Shown one piece after another: positions 36,296 through 47,534 of a DNA stretch of 64,000 nt. Made by a program: the position numbers and the translations under genes. Positions within the stretch are counted from its first letter, which is position 1. Each line of letters begins with the position of its first letter. This DNA comes from Oxalobacteraceae bacterium (lineage in GTDB: Bacteria > Pseudomonadota > Gammaproteobacteria > Burkholderiales > Burkholderiaceae_D): contig CANCDR010000010.1 of assembly GCA_947374865.1 (NCBI GenBank), forward strand, positions 20,319 through 84,318, read 5' to 3'. The notes under the pieces are model-generated. The model searched no databases. It was not told the origin of the DNA and saw only the letters and a list, made by a program, of their open reading frames with translations.

Positions 36296-37108
36296 TCATA
36301 ACTGGGTAAGGTCGATCAGAATCTGTCGCGTATTCAAGCTGGCCCCACCCAAATGGTGAGCGAGCAAAAAACGCATCAGGAATTTACTTTGTAATTGGGT
36401 CGTACTGTCGTCGTAATCTTCGCGCTCCATGTCGAGCAGTGTCTTGCCGCTCACTCTGGGCCAGATGTCGGCCGGATGCGCAGGCCGCGGGCCGCGTTCC
36501 GGGTCCAACACATAAATGTGATCCGCCTCGACCGGTTCCCTGGTCGCAGTGCAGATGCTGAAATCACTGGCCACACCGGTTTCCTTGAGCAGTGCGCGTT
36601 CAAATTTACGCAAGACGATCGGCGCCGGTTCATCGTGCGCCAGCTGATTCAGGGTCGATACATAGTGGTCAAAGAGCGCCGGATGCGGATCATCGCGGGC
36701 GAGTAATTTGACCAGTAATTCATTGAGATAGAACCCGCACAGTAGCGCCGATTTTTCTAGTGGCAGCATACCGCCGACCCATTCGGCACCGGTTAGGGTG
36801 CGTAACTCTGCCTTGCCAGTCCAGCTGACGGCCAGCGGCTGAAACGTCTGCAAAACACCGCGTAATTGGGAATGCGGCCGCTTAGCACCCTTGGCCACCA
36901 AGGCGACCCGGCCATGGGTGCGCGAAAAAACATCAATGATGAGACTGGTTTCTTTGTAGGGGTAACTGTGCAAGACGAAGCCGGGTTCGTGCGCGATGCG
37001 CAGTGAGGGCGCCCTGCTCCGTTTGGGTGCTAGTGCTGGTGCTTGCGCTGCGCTGGGCAACACAGCCTCGGGCGGCAAGGCGGCAGGATCGACGAGAATC
37101 AAGTCCAT
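36296..37108 (-). CDS. recO: DNA repair protein RecO
   Basis: 270 aa. [35 protein letters not shown]... It occupies the position between pdxJ and era. Confidence 0.9.
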   Translation of the reverse strand: MDLILVDPAALPPEAVLPSAAQAPALAPKRSRAPSLRIAHEPGFVLHSYPYKETSLIIDVFSRTHGRVALVAKGAKRPHSQLRGVLQTFQPLAVSWTGKAELRTLTGAEWVGGMLPLEKSALLCGFYLNELLVKLLARDDPHPALFDHYVSTLNQLAHDEPAPIVLRKFERALLKETGVASDFSICTATREPVEADHIYVLDPERGPRPAHPADIWPRVSGKTLLDMEREDYDDSTTQLQSKFLMRFLLAHHLGGASLNTRQILIDLTQL

Positions 37109-37154
37109 GTATCCAGATGGGTGGTGCTAATTGGGGAGTCAAAAATCGGGCGGT

Positions 37155-38057
37155 TTATTCGTAGCCGTAGGCGCGTAATCCAGCTTCATTATCTGCCCAA
37201 CCTGATTTTACCTTGACCCAGACTTCCAGGTACACCGGCCCGCCAAACAGCTTTTCCATGTCGAGGCGCGATTGGGTGGAGATCTCTTTTAATCGTGCGC
37301 CCTTCTGGCCGATCAGCATCGACTTATGGCTGTCGCGTTGCACCAGGATGGCGATGAAGATCCGCCGCAAATTGCCTTCCTGTTCGAATTTTTCGAGCAT
37401 GACGGTGCTGGTATAGGGCAGCTCGTCACCGACCAGACGAAAGACTTTTTCACGCACGATTTCGGTGGCGAGAAACTTTTCGCTGCGATCCGTAATGTCG
37501 TCTTCATCGAAGATGGCGGCATTTTCTGGCAGTATTTTGCGGATCTCACCTTGCAGACTATCGAGCTGAAAGCGCAGCTTGGCCGAGACCGGCACGATGG
37601 CCACAAAATTATGCAGGGCCGCGACTTTTTGCGCGAACGGCATCAGCGCGCCCTTATCCTTGATGTAGTCGGATTTATTAATCACCAACACGCAAGGTAC
37701 GTCGTCCGGGATCAGGTCGAGCACCTGTTGATCAGCTTCGCCGAACATGCCGGCCTCGACGATGAACAGGATGACATCCGATGCGATCAGGGTATTGGTG
37801 ACGGTCTTGTTCAGATTCTTGTTCAGCGCGTGGGTGTGGCGAGTCTGAAAGCCCGGCGTATCAACATAGATAAACTGCGCATCGGCCTCAGTCTGGATGC
37901 CAGTAATCCGGTGGCGCGTCGTTTGCGCCTTGCGTGACGTGATGCTGACCTTGGCGCCGATGAGCGCATTCATGAGTGTGGATTTGCCCACATTCGGCCG
38001 GCCAACGATGGCGATATAGCCGCAACGGAAAGGGGTACTGCTAGGAGTTTGGGTCAT
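37155..38057 (-). CDS. era: GTPase Era
   Basis: G1 motif [17 protein letters not shown] and a C-terminal KH domain. Overlaps the rnc stop. Confidence 0.95.
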   Translation of the reverse strand: MTQTPSSTPFRCGYIAIVGRPNVGKSTLMNALIGAKVSITSRKAQTTRHRITGIQTEADAQFIYVDTPGFQTRHTHALNKNLNKTVTNTLIASDVILFIVEAGMFGEADQQVLDLIPDDVPCVLVINKSDYIKDKGALMPFAQKVAALHNFVAIVPVSAKLRFQLDSLQGEIRKILPENAAIFDEDDITDRSEKFLATEIVREKVFRLVGDELPYTSTVMLEKFEQEGNLRRIFIAILVQRDSHKSMLIGQKGARLKEISTQSRLDMEKLFGGPVYLEVWVKVKSGWADNEAGLRAYGYE

Positions 38058-38998
38058 TCGTGGTCCGGATCGGCGGGGCTGGTCTGGTGATCGGATGGTG
38101 AGGCGGCGAGTTTAGCCTCCTCAGCCAGCGCGGCTTTGGTGATGGGTTTGGCGTCGGTTTTGGCTGGCGCTTTGCTGCTGGCTTTGACTGGCTTGTGCGC
38201 TTCGACGACCGGCAGATCCGGCTGAACCGTGGCGATGCCAGCCAGTTTCATTTGTGAGGTGCGGGCTTTGGCCTTGCGGGCAGCAGCCGGTGTCAATTCC
38301 ATGGCGGCCTGTACAGCCTGTAGCGCCAGCTTGGCGGCGGCCTGCTCACCTGCACGGCGACTGCCGCCGGAGCCGAAGACCTGGACATCGAGCTTGGGCA
38401 CCAGGCATTCGATTTCAAATTCCTGGCTGTGCGCCGCACCGTGGGTCGCCACGACGTTGTACTGCGGCAGAGCGATTTTTTTACCCTGTAAAAATTCCTG
38501 CAGCAGTGTTTTGGCATCCTTGCCCAGGGTACTCGGATCGACAGTATCGAGAATCGGAATGTACAAGGCGCGGATCACCTGGCTGGCGACATCAAAACCG
38601 GCGTCAATATAAATCGCGCCAAACAGTGCTTCGAGGGTATCGGCGAGAATCGATGGGCGACGAAATCCGCCAGATTTTAACTCGCCCTCCCCCAGCCGCA
38701 GATCGTGCGAGAGTTCCAGTCGCTGGGCGATTTCGTACAGCGTTTGCTGCTTGACCAGATTGGCCCGCACGCGCGAAAGATCGCCTTCATCAATCTTGGC
38801 GTAGCGATCATAGAGCAAGGAAGCGACTACACAGTTAAGAATCGAGTCGCCCAGAAATTCCAGCCTCTCGTTGTGCAGCGGGCTATGACTGCGATGCGTC
38901 AGCGCCAACTGCAGCAAGGTGCAATCCTTAAACTGGTGGCCTAGCCGGGTCTGTAAAGCAGAAAAATCCATGTTCAATCCATTGGCGCCGTGAATCAC
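38054..38998 (-). CDS. rnc: Ribonuclease III with an Ala/Lys/Pro-rich C-terminal tail
   Basis: Signature [12 protein letters not shown] plus a dsRBD, followed by an ~85-aa low-complexity tail. The start may be the Met at 38971 ([11 protein letters not shown]). Confidence 0.92.
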   Translation of the reverse strand: MIHGANGLNMDFSALQTRLGHQFKDCTLLQLALTHRSHSPLHNERLEFLGDSILNCVVASLLYDRYAKIDEGDLSRVRANLVKQQTLYEIAQRLELSHDLRLGEGELKSGGFRRPSILADTLEALFGAIYIDAGFDVASQVIRALYIPILDTVDPSTLGKDAKTLLQEFLQGKKIALPQYNVVATHGAAHSQEFEIECLVPKLDVQVFGSGGSRRAGEQAAAKLALQAVQAAMELTPAAARKAKARTSQMKLAGIATVQPDLPVVEAHKPVKASSKAPAKTDAKPITKAALAEEAKLAASPSDHQTSPADPDHE

Positions 38999-39019
38999 CT
39001 GGCTCAGGGCGGTGGTGCT

Positions 39020-39415
39020 TCACTTTTTGGCGTTTTTATCGGTGTTTTTTTCGGTCGAGCCAGCATAATCAATCAGCAAACTGACCGGTCCAAACAGCGT
39101 TATCTTTTTTTGATAGGCAAAGCTGATCTCCAGCTGCTCACCATTTTTACGCATTTCCAAATCTTTGCCAGCAATCGCCGTGACACCATTCACGCTCGAC
39201 TGACGGTCGAAATAATTTTGTGTCTCTCGCACCGTGCCGCCACTGGCTTTGGCGGATTCGATGCTACGTTGAATCGTCAAGTACTCCGTTATCGTGGGCA
39301 CGACCTTGGCCGCAAACAGTCCACTCATACCCAGCAAGAACAAAACCAACATCAGGCCAGTCAGGGACAGCCCGCGCTGGCTGGTCATCCGACGATGTGC
39401 TTTCATGGTCTGCAT
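39020..39415 (-). CDS. DUF4845-type small membrane-anchored protein
   Basis: N-terminal TM segment (GLSLTGLMLVLFLLGMSGLFAAKVVP). It sits between lepB and rnc, as is typical for Burkholderiales. The start was chosen at MQTMKAH. Confidence 0.65.
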   Translation of the reverse strand: MQTMKAHRRMTSQRGLSLTGLMLVLFLLGMSGLFAAKVVPTITEYLTIQRSIESAKASGGTVRETQNYFDRQSSVNGVTAIAGKDLEMRKNGEQLEISFAYQKKITLFGPVSLLIDYAGSTEKNTDKNAKK

Positions 39416-39469
39416 TATTTGCGCTCCTAGGCGAATCCGCAAATTCATGGTGCATCAAGCTGCGGCAAA

Positions 39470-40381
39470 TTACTGAAAACTACCAATGCGCTTGAGATTA
39501 CTCATATTCATCCAGACGAAAAATGCTTTTCCCACCACATTTTTATCTGGTACAAAACCCCAATACCGGCTGTCTTGGCTGTTATCCCGATTATCCCCCA
39601 TCATGAAGTAATGTCCAGCGGGGACGGTGCAGGTAAATCCCTCGATATCAAAACTGCAATTTTCATTGCCGGGGAAGGTATGATTATCCGGCACGTAGGC
39701 TGGTGCACCTTCGTAATTGAGGATATTGTGATTCACGCCGGTCAGATTTTCACTGAACTGCTTGGCGTAGGTCAGCCGTTCCTCATCCAGAAAATCGGGC
39801 AAGACCTGGTAGGACACGCTGCTGCCATTAATGCTTAAACGCTTATTCTGATAGCGCACAGTGTCGCCCGGCACACCGACCACGCGCTTGATGTAGTCCA
39901 CCGAAGGGTCGACCGGATATTTAAATACCATCACGTCGCCACGCTGCGGGTCACCCAGCTGAATGATCTTTTTGTTAATCACCGGCAGACGAATACCATA
40001 GACGAATTTATTGACCAGGATCAGATCGCCGATATGCAGGGTCGGCACCATCGAGCTGGAAGGGATTTTGAAGGGTTCAAAGAGGAAGGAGCGCAGACCA
40101 AACACCAGCGCGATGACGGGGAAAAAACTGCCCGAATATTCGATCCAGTTGGGTATGCGCAGTAATCCTGCCTCCAGCGCCGCGCGACCGTTTTGATCCA
40201 TTTTGATATTGTCTGCAGCCAGTTTGGCAGTGCGGGCGTCAAATTCGGCCAGCGCTGCATCGGCCCGGGCGCGCCGTTGGCGGGCCAGATAAAACACGTC
40301 GATGCACCAGATAACGCCGGTGACGACCATCAGGGTGAATAAAATCAGGGCAAAATTACCGAGGATGTCTTGCAGGTTCAT
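39470..40381 (-). CDS. lepB: Signal peptidase I
   Basis: SSSMVPTL (catalytic Ser), [11 protein letters not shown] (Lys), [17 protein letters not shown]. Confidence 0.95.
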   Translation of the reverse strand: MNLQDILGNFALILFTLMVVTGVIWCIDVFYLARQRRARADAALAEFDARTAKLAADNIKMDQNGRAALEAGLLRIPNWIEYSGSFFPVIALVFGLRSFLFEPFKIPSSSMVPTLHIGDLILVNKFVYGIRLPVINKKIIQLGDPQRGDVMVFKYPVDPSVDYIKRVVGVPGDTVRYQNKRLSINGSSVSYQVLPDFLDEERLTYAKQFSENLTGVNHNILNYEGAPAYVPDNHTFPGNENCSFDIEGFTCTVPAGHYFMMGDNRDNSQDSRYWGFVPDKNVVGKAFFVWMNMSNLKRIGSFQ

Positions 40382-42171
40382 TTGTCTTCCACTTGAAGGA
40401 TGGCGAGGAAGGCTTCTTGTGGAATTTCCACCGAGCCGACTTGTTTCATACGTTTTTTACCTGCTTTTTGTTTCTCAAGCAGTTTGCGCTTGCGGCTGAT
40501 ATCGCCGCCATAGCATTTTGCCAGAACGTTCTTACGCAAGGCTTTGACGTTTTCGCGCGAAATAATATTGGCGCCAATGGCCGCCTGGATCGCCACGTCA
40601 AACATCTGGCGCGGAATCAGTTCGCGCATTTTCGCCGCCACTGCCCGACCGCGATAATTACTATTGGCTCGGTGGACGATGATGGCTAAAGCATCGACTT
40701 TTTCAGAGTTGATCAGCATGTCGACTTTGACCACGTCGGCGGCACGATATTCCTTGAATTCATAATCCATCGAGGCATAACCGCGTGAGGTGGATTTGAG
40801 GCGATCAAAGAAATCGAGCACGATCTCGGCCATCGGCATTTCGTAGGTCAGTTTCACCTGCTTGCCGTGATAATTCATGTCGATCTGCACGCCGCGCTTG
40901 GAGGTGCACAGCGTGATGACTGCGCCGACATATTCTTGCGGCATGTACAGATTGACCGTGACGATGGGCTCGCGCACTTCTTCAATCTTGGACGGGTCGG
41001 GCATCTTGGAAGGATTATCGACCATCAGGGTCGTGCCATCGCGCTGCACCACTTCGTAAATCACCGTCGGTGCGGTGGTGATGAGGTCCATGTCGAACTC
41101 GCGCTCGAGACGTTCCTGGACGATTTCCATGTGCAGCAAACCCAGAAAGCCGCAGCGAAAGCCAAAGCCCAGCGCCTGCGAGACTTCCGGCTCGTACTGC
41201 AAGGCGGCGTCGTTCAATTTGAGTTTTTCGAGCGAGTCACGCAGGGCATCGTATTGATTTGCTTCGACCGGAAACAGACCGGCAAAGACCTGCGGCTGCA
41301 CTTCTTTAAAGCCGGGCAAAGGCTCGCTGGCCGGTTTGCTCAGGAGCGTGACCGTATCACCGACCTTGGCCGCTTTAAGTTCCTTGATGCCGGCGATGAT
41401 GAAACCCACCTGGCCGGCCGAGAGCGTTTCGCGCGCCATCGACTTGGGGGTAAAGACGCCCACGCTTTCAGTCAGATGCTGTGAGCCGTTGGCCATCAGC
41501 AGAATCTTGTCTTTCGGGCGCAGTGTGCCATTCACGACGCGCACCAGCATCACGACACCGACATAATTATCGAACCAGGAATCGACGATTAAGGCCTGTA
41601 ATGGCGCATCCGGATCACCTTTTGGCGGAGGCACTTTGACGATCAGGGCTTCCAGCACATCCTGCACACCGAGACCGGTCTTGGCCGAGCAATGCACCGC
41701 ATCGGTGGCGTCAATGCCGATCACTTCTTCGATTTCGGCGATAGCGTTTTCCGGATCGGCTGAGGGCAGATCGATCTTGTTGAGCACCGGGACGACTTCC
41801 ACATTGAGCTCAATGGCGGTATAGCAGTTGGCCACCGTTTGCGCTTCCACGCCCTGGGATGCATCGACGACCAGCAGCGCGCCCTCACAGGCCGACAGCG
41901 AGCGACTGACTTCATAGCTGAAATCAACGTGTCCCGGGGTGTCGATCAGATTGAGATTGTAAATTTTCCCGTCGCGCGCCTTGTAGCTCAGGGCCGCTGT
42001 CTGCGCCTTGATGGTAATGCCGCGCTCGCGTTCAATGTCCATCGAATCGAGGACCTGGGCTTCCATTTCACGATCGGAAAGTCCGCCGCACAATTGAATG
42101 ATGCGATCGGCGAGCGTGGATTTACCATGGTCGATGTGGGCAATAATCGAAAAATTACGAATGTTATTCAC
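40378..42171 (-). CDS. lepA: Elongation factor 4
   Basis: [32 protein letters not shown] and the LepA C-terminal domain. Confidence 0.97.
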   Translation of the reverse strand: MNNIRNFSIIAHIDHGKSTLADRIIQLCGGLSDREMEAQVLDSMDIERERGITIKAQTAALSYKARDGKIYNLNLIDTPGHVDFSYEVSRSLSACEGALLVVDASQGVEAQTVANCYTAIELNVEVVPVLNKIDLPSADPENAIAEIEEVIGIDATDAVHCSAKTGLGVQDVLEALIVKVPPPKGDPDAPLQALIVDSWFDNYVGVVMLVRVVNGTLRPKDKILLMANGSQHLTESVGVFTPKSMARETLSAGQVGFIIAGIKELKAAKVGDTVTLLSKPASEPLPGFKEVQPQVFAGLFPVEANQYDALRDSLEKLKLNDAALQYEPEVSQALGFGFRCGFLGLLHMEIVQERLEREFDMDLITTAPTVIYEVVQRDGTTLMVDNPSKMPDPSKIEEVREPIVTVNLYMPQEYVGAVITLCTSKRGVQIDMNYHGKQVKLTYEMPMAEIVLDFFDRLKSTSRGYASMDYEFKEYRAADVVKVDMLINSEKVDALAIIVHRANSNYRGRAVAAKMRELIPRQMFDVAIQAAIGANIISRENVKALRKNVLAKCYGGDISRKRKLLEKQKAGKKRMKQVGSVEIPQEAFLAILQVEDK

Positions 42172-42185
42172 GAATGTTCATTTAA

Positions 42186-42234
42186 ATCAAAAGAAAAGGC
42201 GCTCGAAGCCGAGAACGTCCCCAGCGAGCGCCTT
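42186..42234 (-). terminator. Intrinsic terminator after the mucD/grx-like operon
   Basis: Perfect 10-bp stem AAGGCGCTCG/CGAGCGCCTT, followed on the - strand by TTCTTTTGATTT. Confidence 0.6.
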
Positions 42235-42366
42235 GTTACGGAAGATGGTCCAATCCCGCATTTTACCGGATTTCAAGAGGGAAAACCCATGCTGGCACCC
42301 TACCGCATCGAATAAACGAACATCGAACGAACTTCAAGCGCACTTCTGACGAACTTCGGCCGCAAA

Positions 42367-42636
42367 TCAGCCTGCCAGCCAGGCGGCCACCCGCCCGGCG
42401 TCGAGATGGTAGTGACATAGCCGGGCTTCGACCCCCGCACGATGGCCGGTCAATACTGGTACCCATTCGTCGTACTCAGCCAGCCAGGCCACATTGGGGG
42501 CTAAATCGATATCAATCACTTGCACATCGAGAATATATCGCTCCCCAAATGTGGCCTGCAGGGCCTGCAGCATGGCCTCGCACAGATGACAATAACTGCG
42601 CGAGTACAGGCTTAGTGCATGCCGGGGTTCACTCAC
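42367..42636 (-). CDS. Glutaredoxin-like (thioredoxin-fold, DUF836-type) protein
   Basis: 89 aa with a CxxC motif in LYSRSYCHLCEAM and WVPVL later on. Overlaps the mucD stop. Confidence 0.7.
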   Translation of the reverse strand: MSEPRHALSLYSRSYCHLCEAMLQALQATFGERYILDVQVIDIDLAPNVAWLAEYDEWVPVLTGHRAGVEARLCHYHLDAGRVAAWLAG

Positions 42637-44126
42637 TGCGCAGTCGGTCGGATGACGATGAACTGCGAAACCTCACCCCGGCGCACCAGCACCGATGCCA
42701 CTTTTTTGGGATCCAGCTTGGCCACCAGGGCATTAAATTGTTTGACGTCCTTAAAGTCGGCATTATTGAGTCGCAGAATAATGTCGCCGGAACGCAAACC
42801 TGCCCGTGCTGCAGCGCCCTCGGTAGCGTCGACCAAGACTCCGCCTTCGATCTTCAATTCCTTGCGCTGGGCATCGCTCAGATCCGATAAAGTCAGACCG
42901 AGAGAATTGGCATTTTGCTCCGCTTTGGATTTTTTCTCTTCTTTCTTGCTGGTTTTATCGGCTTCCATCTCGGCGATATTGACCATCAGTTCGCGCGCAG
43001 TACCTTTGCGCCAGACCGACAGGGTGGCCTTGGTGCCGGGCTTGGTCGCGCCGACCAGTCGCGGCAGTTCGGTGGCCTTGTCGATGATGGTGGCGTTAAA
43101 TTTCATGATGATGTCGCCCTCTTGCAGCCCCGCCTTTTCGGCCGGACCACCGGCTTCAACGCGGGTCACCAAAGCACCTTGTGCACGTGTCAGGCCGAGC
43201 GATTCGGCGACTTCTTTGGCGACTTCGCCAATCTGCACGCCGATGCGGCCACGAGTAACCCTGCCGGATGCCTTGAGCTGCTCCGATACCCGGATCGCCT
43301 CGTCGATCGGCACCGCGAAGGAAATGCCCATGTAGCCACCCGAGCGGCTATAAATTTGTGAGTTGATGCCGACCACTTCGCCGCGCATATTGATCAGCGG
43401 CCCGCCGGAATTGCCGGGATTGACGGCCACATCGGTTTGAATAAGCGGCACATAATCGCCGGTATCGCGCGCCTTGGCCGAGATGATGCCGGCCGATACG
43501 CTGTTTTCCAGACCGAAAGGCGAGCCGATGGCGATCACCCACTCACCGGCGCGAATTTTATTTGAATCGCCGAGTGGCAGGCGGGGCAGATTCACGCCTT
43601 CGATCTTGACCACCGCCACGTCGGTGCGGGCATCGGCGCCGATGATCTTGGCTTTGAATTCGCGTTTATCGGTCAGGGTGACATACACCTCGTCGGCGCC
43701 ATCGACCACATGGGCGTTGGTGAGGATGGTGCCATCAGCCGAAATGAGAAAGCCCGAGCCGATACCGCGCGGGACTTCTTCTTCCGTTTGCGGCGCAGGC
43801 TGGCGACCGTTGCGCGGGCTGCGCTCTGGCTGTTGACGCTGCCCTGGCACGGGTACACCGAAAAAACGGCGCAAGAACTCCTGCATTTCATCGTCATCGC
43901 CACCGGGCGCAATACGGCCACGAACGGCCGTGCTGGTGCGGGCGGTCGTGCGAATGTTGACGACGGCGGGTCCGGCGCGCTCCACCATGTCGGTAAAATC
44001 GGGCAATCCGGCGGCGGCCACGGCGGCGTGGGCAACAGCCTGACCTGCCATCGGCAACATCAAACCACTGCCAAGGAGGATCGCGCTGGCCAGAATAGAT
44101 TTCTGCAGAGAGGAAATTAGTTTCAT
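42633..44126 (-). CDS. mucD: Periplasmic Do/DegQ/MucD-family serine endoprotease with two PDZ domains
   Basis: Signal peptide, TNAHVV (His), DVAVV (Asp), GNSGGPL (Ser) and two PDZ regions. Confidence 0.92.
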   Translation of the reverse strand: MKLISSLQKSILASAILLGSGLMLPMAGQAVAHAAVAAAGLPDFTDMVERAGPAVVNIRTTARTSTAVRGRIAPGGDDDEMQEFLRRFFGVPVPGQRQQPERSPRNGRQPAPQTEEEVPRGIGSGFLISADGTILTNAHVVDGADEVYVTLTDKREFKAKIIGADARTDVAVVKIEGVNLPRLPLGDSNKIRAGEWVIAIGSPFGLENSVSAGIISAKARDTGDYVPLIQTDVAVNPGNSGGPLINMRGEVVGINSQIYSRSGGYMGISFAVPIDEAIRVSEQLKASGRVTRGRIGVQIGEVAKEVAESLGLTRAQGALVTRVEAGGPAEKAGLQEGDIIMKFNATIIDKATELPRLVGATKPGTKATLSVWRKGTARELMVNIAEMEADKTSKKEEKKSKAEQNANSLGLTLSDLSDAQRKELKIEGGVLVDATEGAAARAGLRSGDIILRLNNADFKDVKQFNALVAKLDPKKVASVLVRRGEVSQFIVIRPTAQ

Positions 44127-44338
44127 TTTTGCTCTTGACTATCTCAGGTTAAATTGATTTGAATGGGCACTTCGAACACGTTGAAAAATCGGTATTGCAG
44201 CTACTATGGTAAGCCAAAAATCAGTCGCTCGCCTAGCGCGCGGCAACACTGAACTGGCGCATGGGCGCTGATTTTTCATCTGTACGCCAGCCTCACTTTG
44301 GGACTGATTTCGTTAATACAAGATGGGTAAACCGGTGA

Positions 44339-44608
44339 TTAATTCCGGTCGCGCTGGGTACAATCGATTTGCAGCAGCGCATCTGACTGGGGATCGCGCA
44401 GGATATCGCCGATCAGGTGGTAAATGGCCCATTGGGCCCGGCCCTCGGCGCATTGCAGCAACGCCAGTGCCGGACCTGCGTGAGCATGGCCTAGCTCGCC
44501 GTCCATCAGGGCGGAGAGGTCTTCGTGGCTTGGTTCAGTCCTGTTTGTCACAATGATAAGTCTCCCCGCACAAGTTTTTTTATTGTTCCCTGGCGGCCTG
44601 AGCGTCAC
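44339..44608 (-). CDS. Anti-sigma-E factor RseA/MucA N-terminal domain only (truncated; no TM or periplasmic part)
   Basis: Contains LSALMDGEL...AQWAIYHLIGDILRD (RseA_N signature) and stops about 20 residues later. The GTG at 44608 overlaps the rpoE stop (GTGA). An alternative GTG at 44551 is preceded by GGGGAGA. Confidence 0.7.
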   Translation of the reverse strand: MTLRPPGNNKKTCAGRLIIVTNRTEPSHEDLSALMDGELGHAHAGPALALLQCAEGRAQWAIYHLIGDILRDPQSDALLQIDCTQRDRN

Positions 44609-45237
44609 CAGCGTTTGTCGATCGCAGTGCCTAGCAAGGGTCGTAATTTTTCTGCAATCGCTTCACGGGCACGAAATATCCGGCTGCGCACGGTACCAAT
44701 TGGACAGTGCATGACATCGGCGATCTCATCGTAGCTTAATCCTTCAATTTCACGCAAGGTAATAGCAATTCGTAATTCTTCCGGCAAGGCATCCATCGCC
44801 ACATTCACCGTCTCAGCAATTTGCTTGGTAGCCATCATTGATTCTGGTGTATTGATATCTCTTAGATGCTCTCCGTCATCAAAAGTTTCCGCTTCTTCAG
44901 CATCAGCTTCGGTGGAGGTAGGCGCGCGTCGGCCTTGGGTGACGAGGTAATTTTTGGCGGTATTGATACCGATCCGGTACAGCCAGGTATAAAAAGCCGA
45001 ATCACCGCGAAACTGCGGTAATGCACGATAGGCTTTGATGAAGGCTTCCTGTACGACATCCTCGGCTTCCGCCTGGTCTCTCACCAGCCGGGAAACAAGG
45101 CGCATCAATTTTCTCTGGTACTTCATGACCAGAAGTTCGAATGCTTTTTTATCGCCCCGCTGGACCCGCTCCACGAGCAATTGGTCAATGTCGCGTTCTG
45201 TCGTCAATCGGCATACCCTTGTTTCTTCGTAACACAT
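44605..45237 (-). CDS. rpoE: ECF sigma factor RpoE/AlgU (sigma-24)
   Basis: LVERVQRGDKKAFELLVMKYQRKL, region 2 DVVQEAFIKAY, region 4 LREIEGLSYDEIADVMHCPIGTVRSR. The true start may be the TTG at 45207. Confidence 0.92.
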   Translation of the reverse strand: MCYEETRVCRLTTERDIDQLLVERVQRGDKKAFELLVMKYQRKLMRLVSRLVRDQAEAEDVVQEAFIKAYRALPQFRGDSAFYTWLYRIGINTAKNYLVTQGRRAPTSTEADAEEAETFDDGEHLRDINTPESMMATKQIAETVNVAMDALPEELRIAITLREIEGLSYDEIADVMHCPIGTVRSRIFRAREAIAEKLRPLLGTAIDKRW

Positions 45238-45276
45238 ACGCGCATCAGGATATAGACTTGCCGAACTCCCGAAAGT

Positions 45277-45783
45277 TCACGTATCTGCTGACTTTTCTGG
45301 CAAACCGTCTGTCTCGCCACGCACAGGACGATTGGCGATCCAGCGAAGCGCCACCGACAATGCCCGCATACCGTCCTGGTCAACACTGTCTGGCAGGATG
45401 CGTAAGGATATCGTCCGACGGTCTTCCGTTTGCAAACGCAAAAGGAGCAGGTTCGGCCACAAAGTCGAGCCTGCCATCAGTTCGACAAGCACCGTGCTTG
45501 CCGTTGAGGGCTGCGCCCCTACGACATCTTCGGTCAAGCGAATTTGTCCATTCTCGGAAATATCAATAAGGTGTGATTTTTTATCGCGAAATGCGTGGAT
45601 TGCTGTGAAAATCGCGGCAAAAATGCAGGCGAATGCGAGTATCAGGCGGATTGGCGCGGGCATTTCTCCCACCGCGTCGACACTGATGGCCAGACCAATC
45701 GCAAAAACGCCCGCACACATGCCAAGCGTGCAGGCGATTAAAATCCGCGAGGGCCTGAGCACGACCGATACGGCGATCGACAT
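45277..45783 (-). CDS. Two-TM membrane protein, possibly YgfX/CptA-like
   Basis: 168 aa. It has two N-terminal hydrophobic helices, then ..WPNLLLLRLQTEDRRTISLRILPDSV..MRALSVALRWI. The family assignment is by resemblance only. Confidence 0.5.
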   Translation of the reverse strand: MSIAVSVVLRPSRILIACTLGMCAGVFAIGLAISVDAVGEMPAPIRLILAFACIFAAIFTAIHAFRDKKSHLIDISENGQIRLTEDVVGAQPSTASTVLVELMAGSTLWPNLLLLRLQTEDRRTISLRILPDSVDQDGMRALSVALRWIANRPVRGETDGLPEKSADT

Positions 45784-45830
45784 GGCGTAGTCCGGGCAAA
45801 AGAAAGGGAAATGGTCGTCGGGTGACGACC

Positions 45831-45857
45831 AAAAACAGACGCCGGTCGGCGCCTGTC
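45831..45857 (-). terminator. Intrinsic terminator after fabF
   Basis: The - strand reads ACAGGCGCC-GACC-GGCGTCTGT followed by TTTTT. Confidence 0.6.
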
Positions 45858-45860
45858 AGA

Positions 45861-47108
45861 TCAGATTTTAGCGAAAATCAGCGTACCGTTGGTACCACCG
45901 AAGCCAAAAGAATTTTTAACCGCAATGTTGATCGGCACATCGCGCGCCGTGTTGGCGCAATAATCAAGATCGCATTCCGGATCCTGATTAAAAATGTTAA
46001 TTGTTGGTGGGGAGAGCTGATGATGCACGGCCAGCACCGTTACTACCGACTCGAGTCCACCGGCGCCGCCGAGAAGATGGCCGGTCATCGATTTGGTCGA
46101 GTTGACGACGATGTTTTTTGCATGCTCGCCCAGAGCGCGCTTGATCGCTACGGTTTCTGCCTTGTCGCCCAGGGGGGTCGAGGTACCGTGTGCATTCACA
46201 TAATTGACTTGATCGGCATTGATGCCGGCATTGGTCATGGCGGACACCATGCAGCGTCGGGCGCCTTCGCCATCTTCTAAGGGGGCGGTCATGTGATGGG
46301 CATCGGCGCTCATACCAAAGCCGAGCAGTTCAGCGTAAATGGTGGCGCCGCGTGCCTTGGCATGCTCATATTCTTCGAGCACCATCACGCCGGCACCTTC
46401 GCCGAGTACAAAGCCGTCACGGTCCTTGTCCCACGGCCGTGATGCAGTGACCGGATCATCATTGCGCGATGACAGCGCACGCGCCGAGGCGAAGCCACCC
46501 AAGCCCAACGGTGAAACGGTTGATTCGGCACCGCCGGCAATCATGACATCGGCATCGCCGTATTCGATCATGCGTCCTGCCATGCCGATACAGTGAAGCC
46601 CGGTCGTACAAGCGGTGACGATGGCCAGGTTCGGCCCGCGCAGTCCGTACTTGATCGACAGGTGACCGGAGATCATGTTGATGATCGAGGCCGGCACAAA
46701 GAATGGCGAAATGCGGCGTGGGCCGCGCTTGGTCAGTTCTTCGTGAGTTTGTTCGATGAGTGGCAAGCCGCCAATGCCGGAACCGACGATAACGCCGATA
46801 CGATCGGCATTTTCATCAGTGACGACCAAGCCGCTGTCCTGCATGGCCTGCATCCCTGCGGCCATACCGTAATGGATGAAGTGATCCATGTGACGGGCTT
46901 CTTTGGCGGGGATGTAATCCTCGATATTGAAGCCCTTCACCTCACCGGCAAAATGGGTGGAGAACGGCGTCGCATCAAACTTGGTGATGGTAGCAATGCC
47001 GGATTTACCAGCGGTCAAAGCAGCCCAAGACTCTTTGACAGTATGACCGACCGGTGAAACACATCCAAGACCAGTTACGACGACACGACGTTGACGCTGA
47101 TGACTCAA
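45861..47108 (-). CDS. fabF: 3-oxoacyl-ACP synthase II
   Basis: 415 aa. RVVVTGLG..., active-site context [26 protein letters not shown]. Confidence 0.96.
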   Translation of the reverse strand: MSHQRQRRVVVTGLGCVSPVGHTVKESWAALTAGKSGIATITKFDATPFSTHFAGEVKGFNIEDYIPAKEARHMDHFIHYGMAAGMQAMQDSGLVVTDENADRIGVIVGSGIGGLPLIEQTHEELTKRGPRRISPFFVPASIINMISGHLSIKYGLRGPNLAIVTACTTGLHCIGMAGRMIEYGDADVMIAGGAESTVSPLGLGGFASARALSSRNDDPVTASRPWDKDRDGFVLGEGAGVMVLEEYEHAKARGATIYAELLGFGMSADAHHMTAPLEDGEGARRCMVSAMTNAGINADQVNYVNAHGTSTPLGDKAETVAIKRALGEHAKNIVVNSTKSMTGHLLGGAGGLESVVTVLAVHHQLSPPTINIFNQDPECDLDYCANTARDVPINIAVKNSFGFGGTNGTLIFAKI

Positions 47109-47158
47109 GCAGCTCTCCTTGATACAGGCGGGTGAAACGGTAACAATTTAACGGTGAA

Positions 47159-47401
47159 TCAGGCAGCCTTGACGTTCGCTGTCGCGTAGTCGATCGCTTG
47201 CTTAACCGTGGTGATTTTCTCAGCTTGTTCGTCAGGGATTTCCATTTCGAACTCATCTTCGAGCGCCATCACGAGTTCCACGGTATCGAGGGAGTCAGCG
47301 CCAAGGTCATCCACAAACGAGGATTCGATTTTGATATCTGCTTCCGCGACGCCGAGTTGTTCAGCGACGATTTTCTTAACGCGTTGTTCGATGTCAGACA
47401 T
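47159..47401 (-). CDS. acpP: Acyl carrier protein
   Basis: [18 protein letters not shown]...[20 protein letters not shown]-type motif. Confidence 0.97.
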   Translation of the reverse strand: MSDIEQRVKKIVAEQLGVAEADIKIESSFVDDLGADSLDTVELVMALEDEFEMEIPDEQAEKITTVKQAIDYATANVKAA

Positions 47402-47534
47402 AGTGATAACTCCAAGGTGGTTACAGAAAGTGCGCGCATTTTAGCAGGTTTGCGCGTTGAAAATTCAATTTTGACGTTTGTTGGGCATTATGCAGCAACG
47501 CCGGTCAAAGTGAAGGCATTTTAACAATCATAGT

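Noticed and set aside
37326-37937. Long antisense ORFs inside housekeeping genes. Examples are the 203-aa + ORF within era, 40867..41484 within lepA, 42619..43335 and 43710..44120 within mucD, 49611..50249 within fabH and 59265..59984 within rne.
   Set aside because: Each lies entirely opposite a gene with strong family motifs. These are typical shadow ORFs of GC-rich coding DNA and have no recognisable motifs of their own.
38054-38330. The Ala/Lys/Pro-rich C-terminal tail of RNase III (also the PlsX Ser/Ala tail and the Acp[11 protein letters not shown] end), considered as novel domains.
   Set aside because: These are low-complexity extensions of a kind I believe is common in Burkholderiales housekeeping proteins. 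They show no structure-like pattern.
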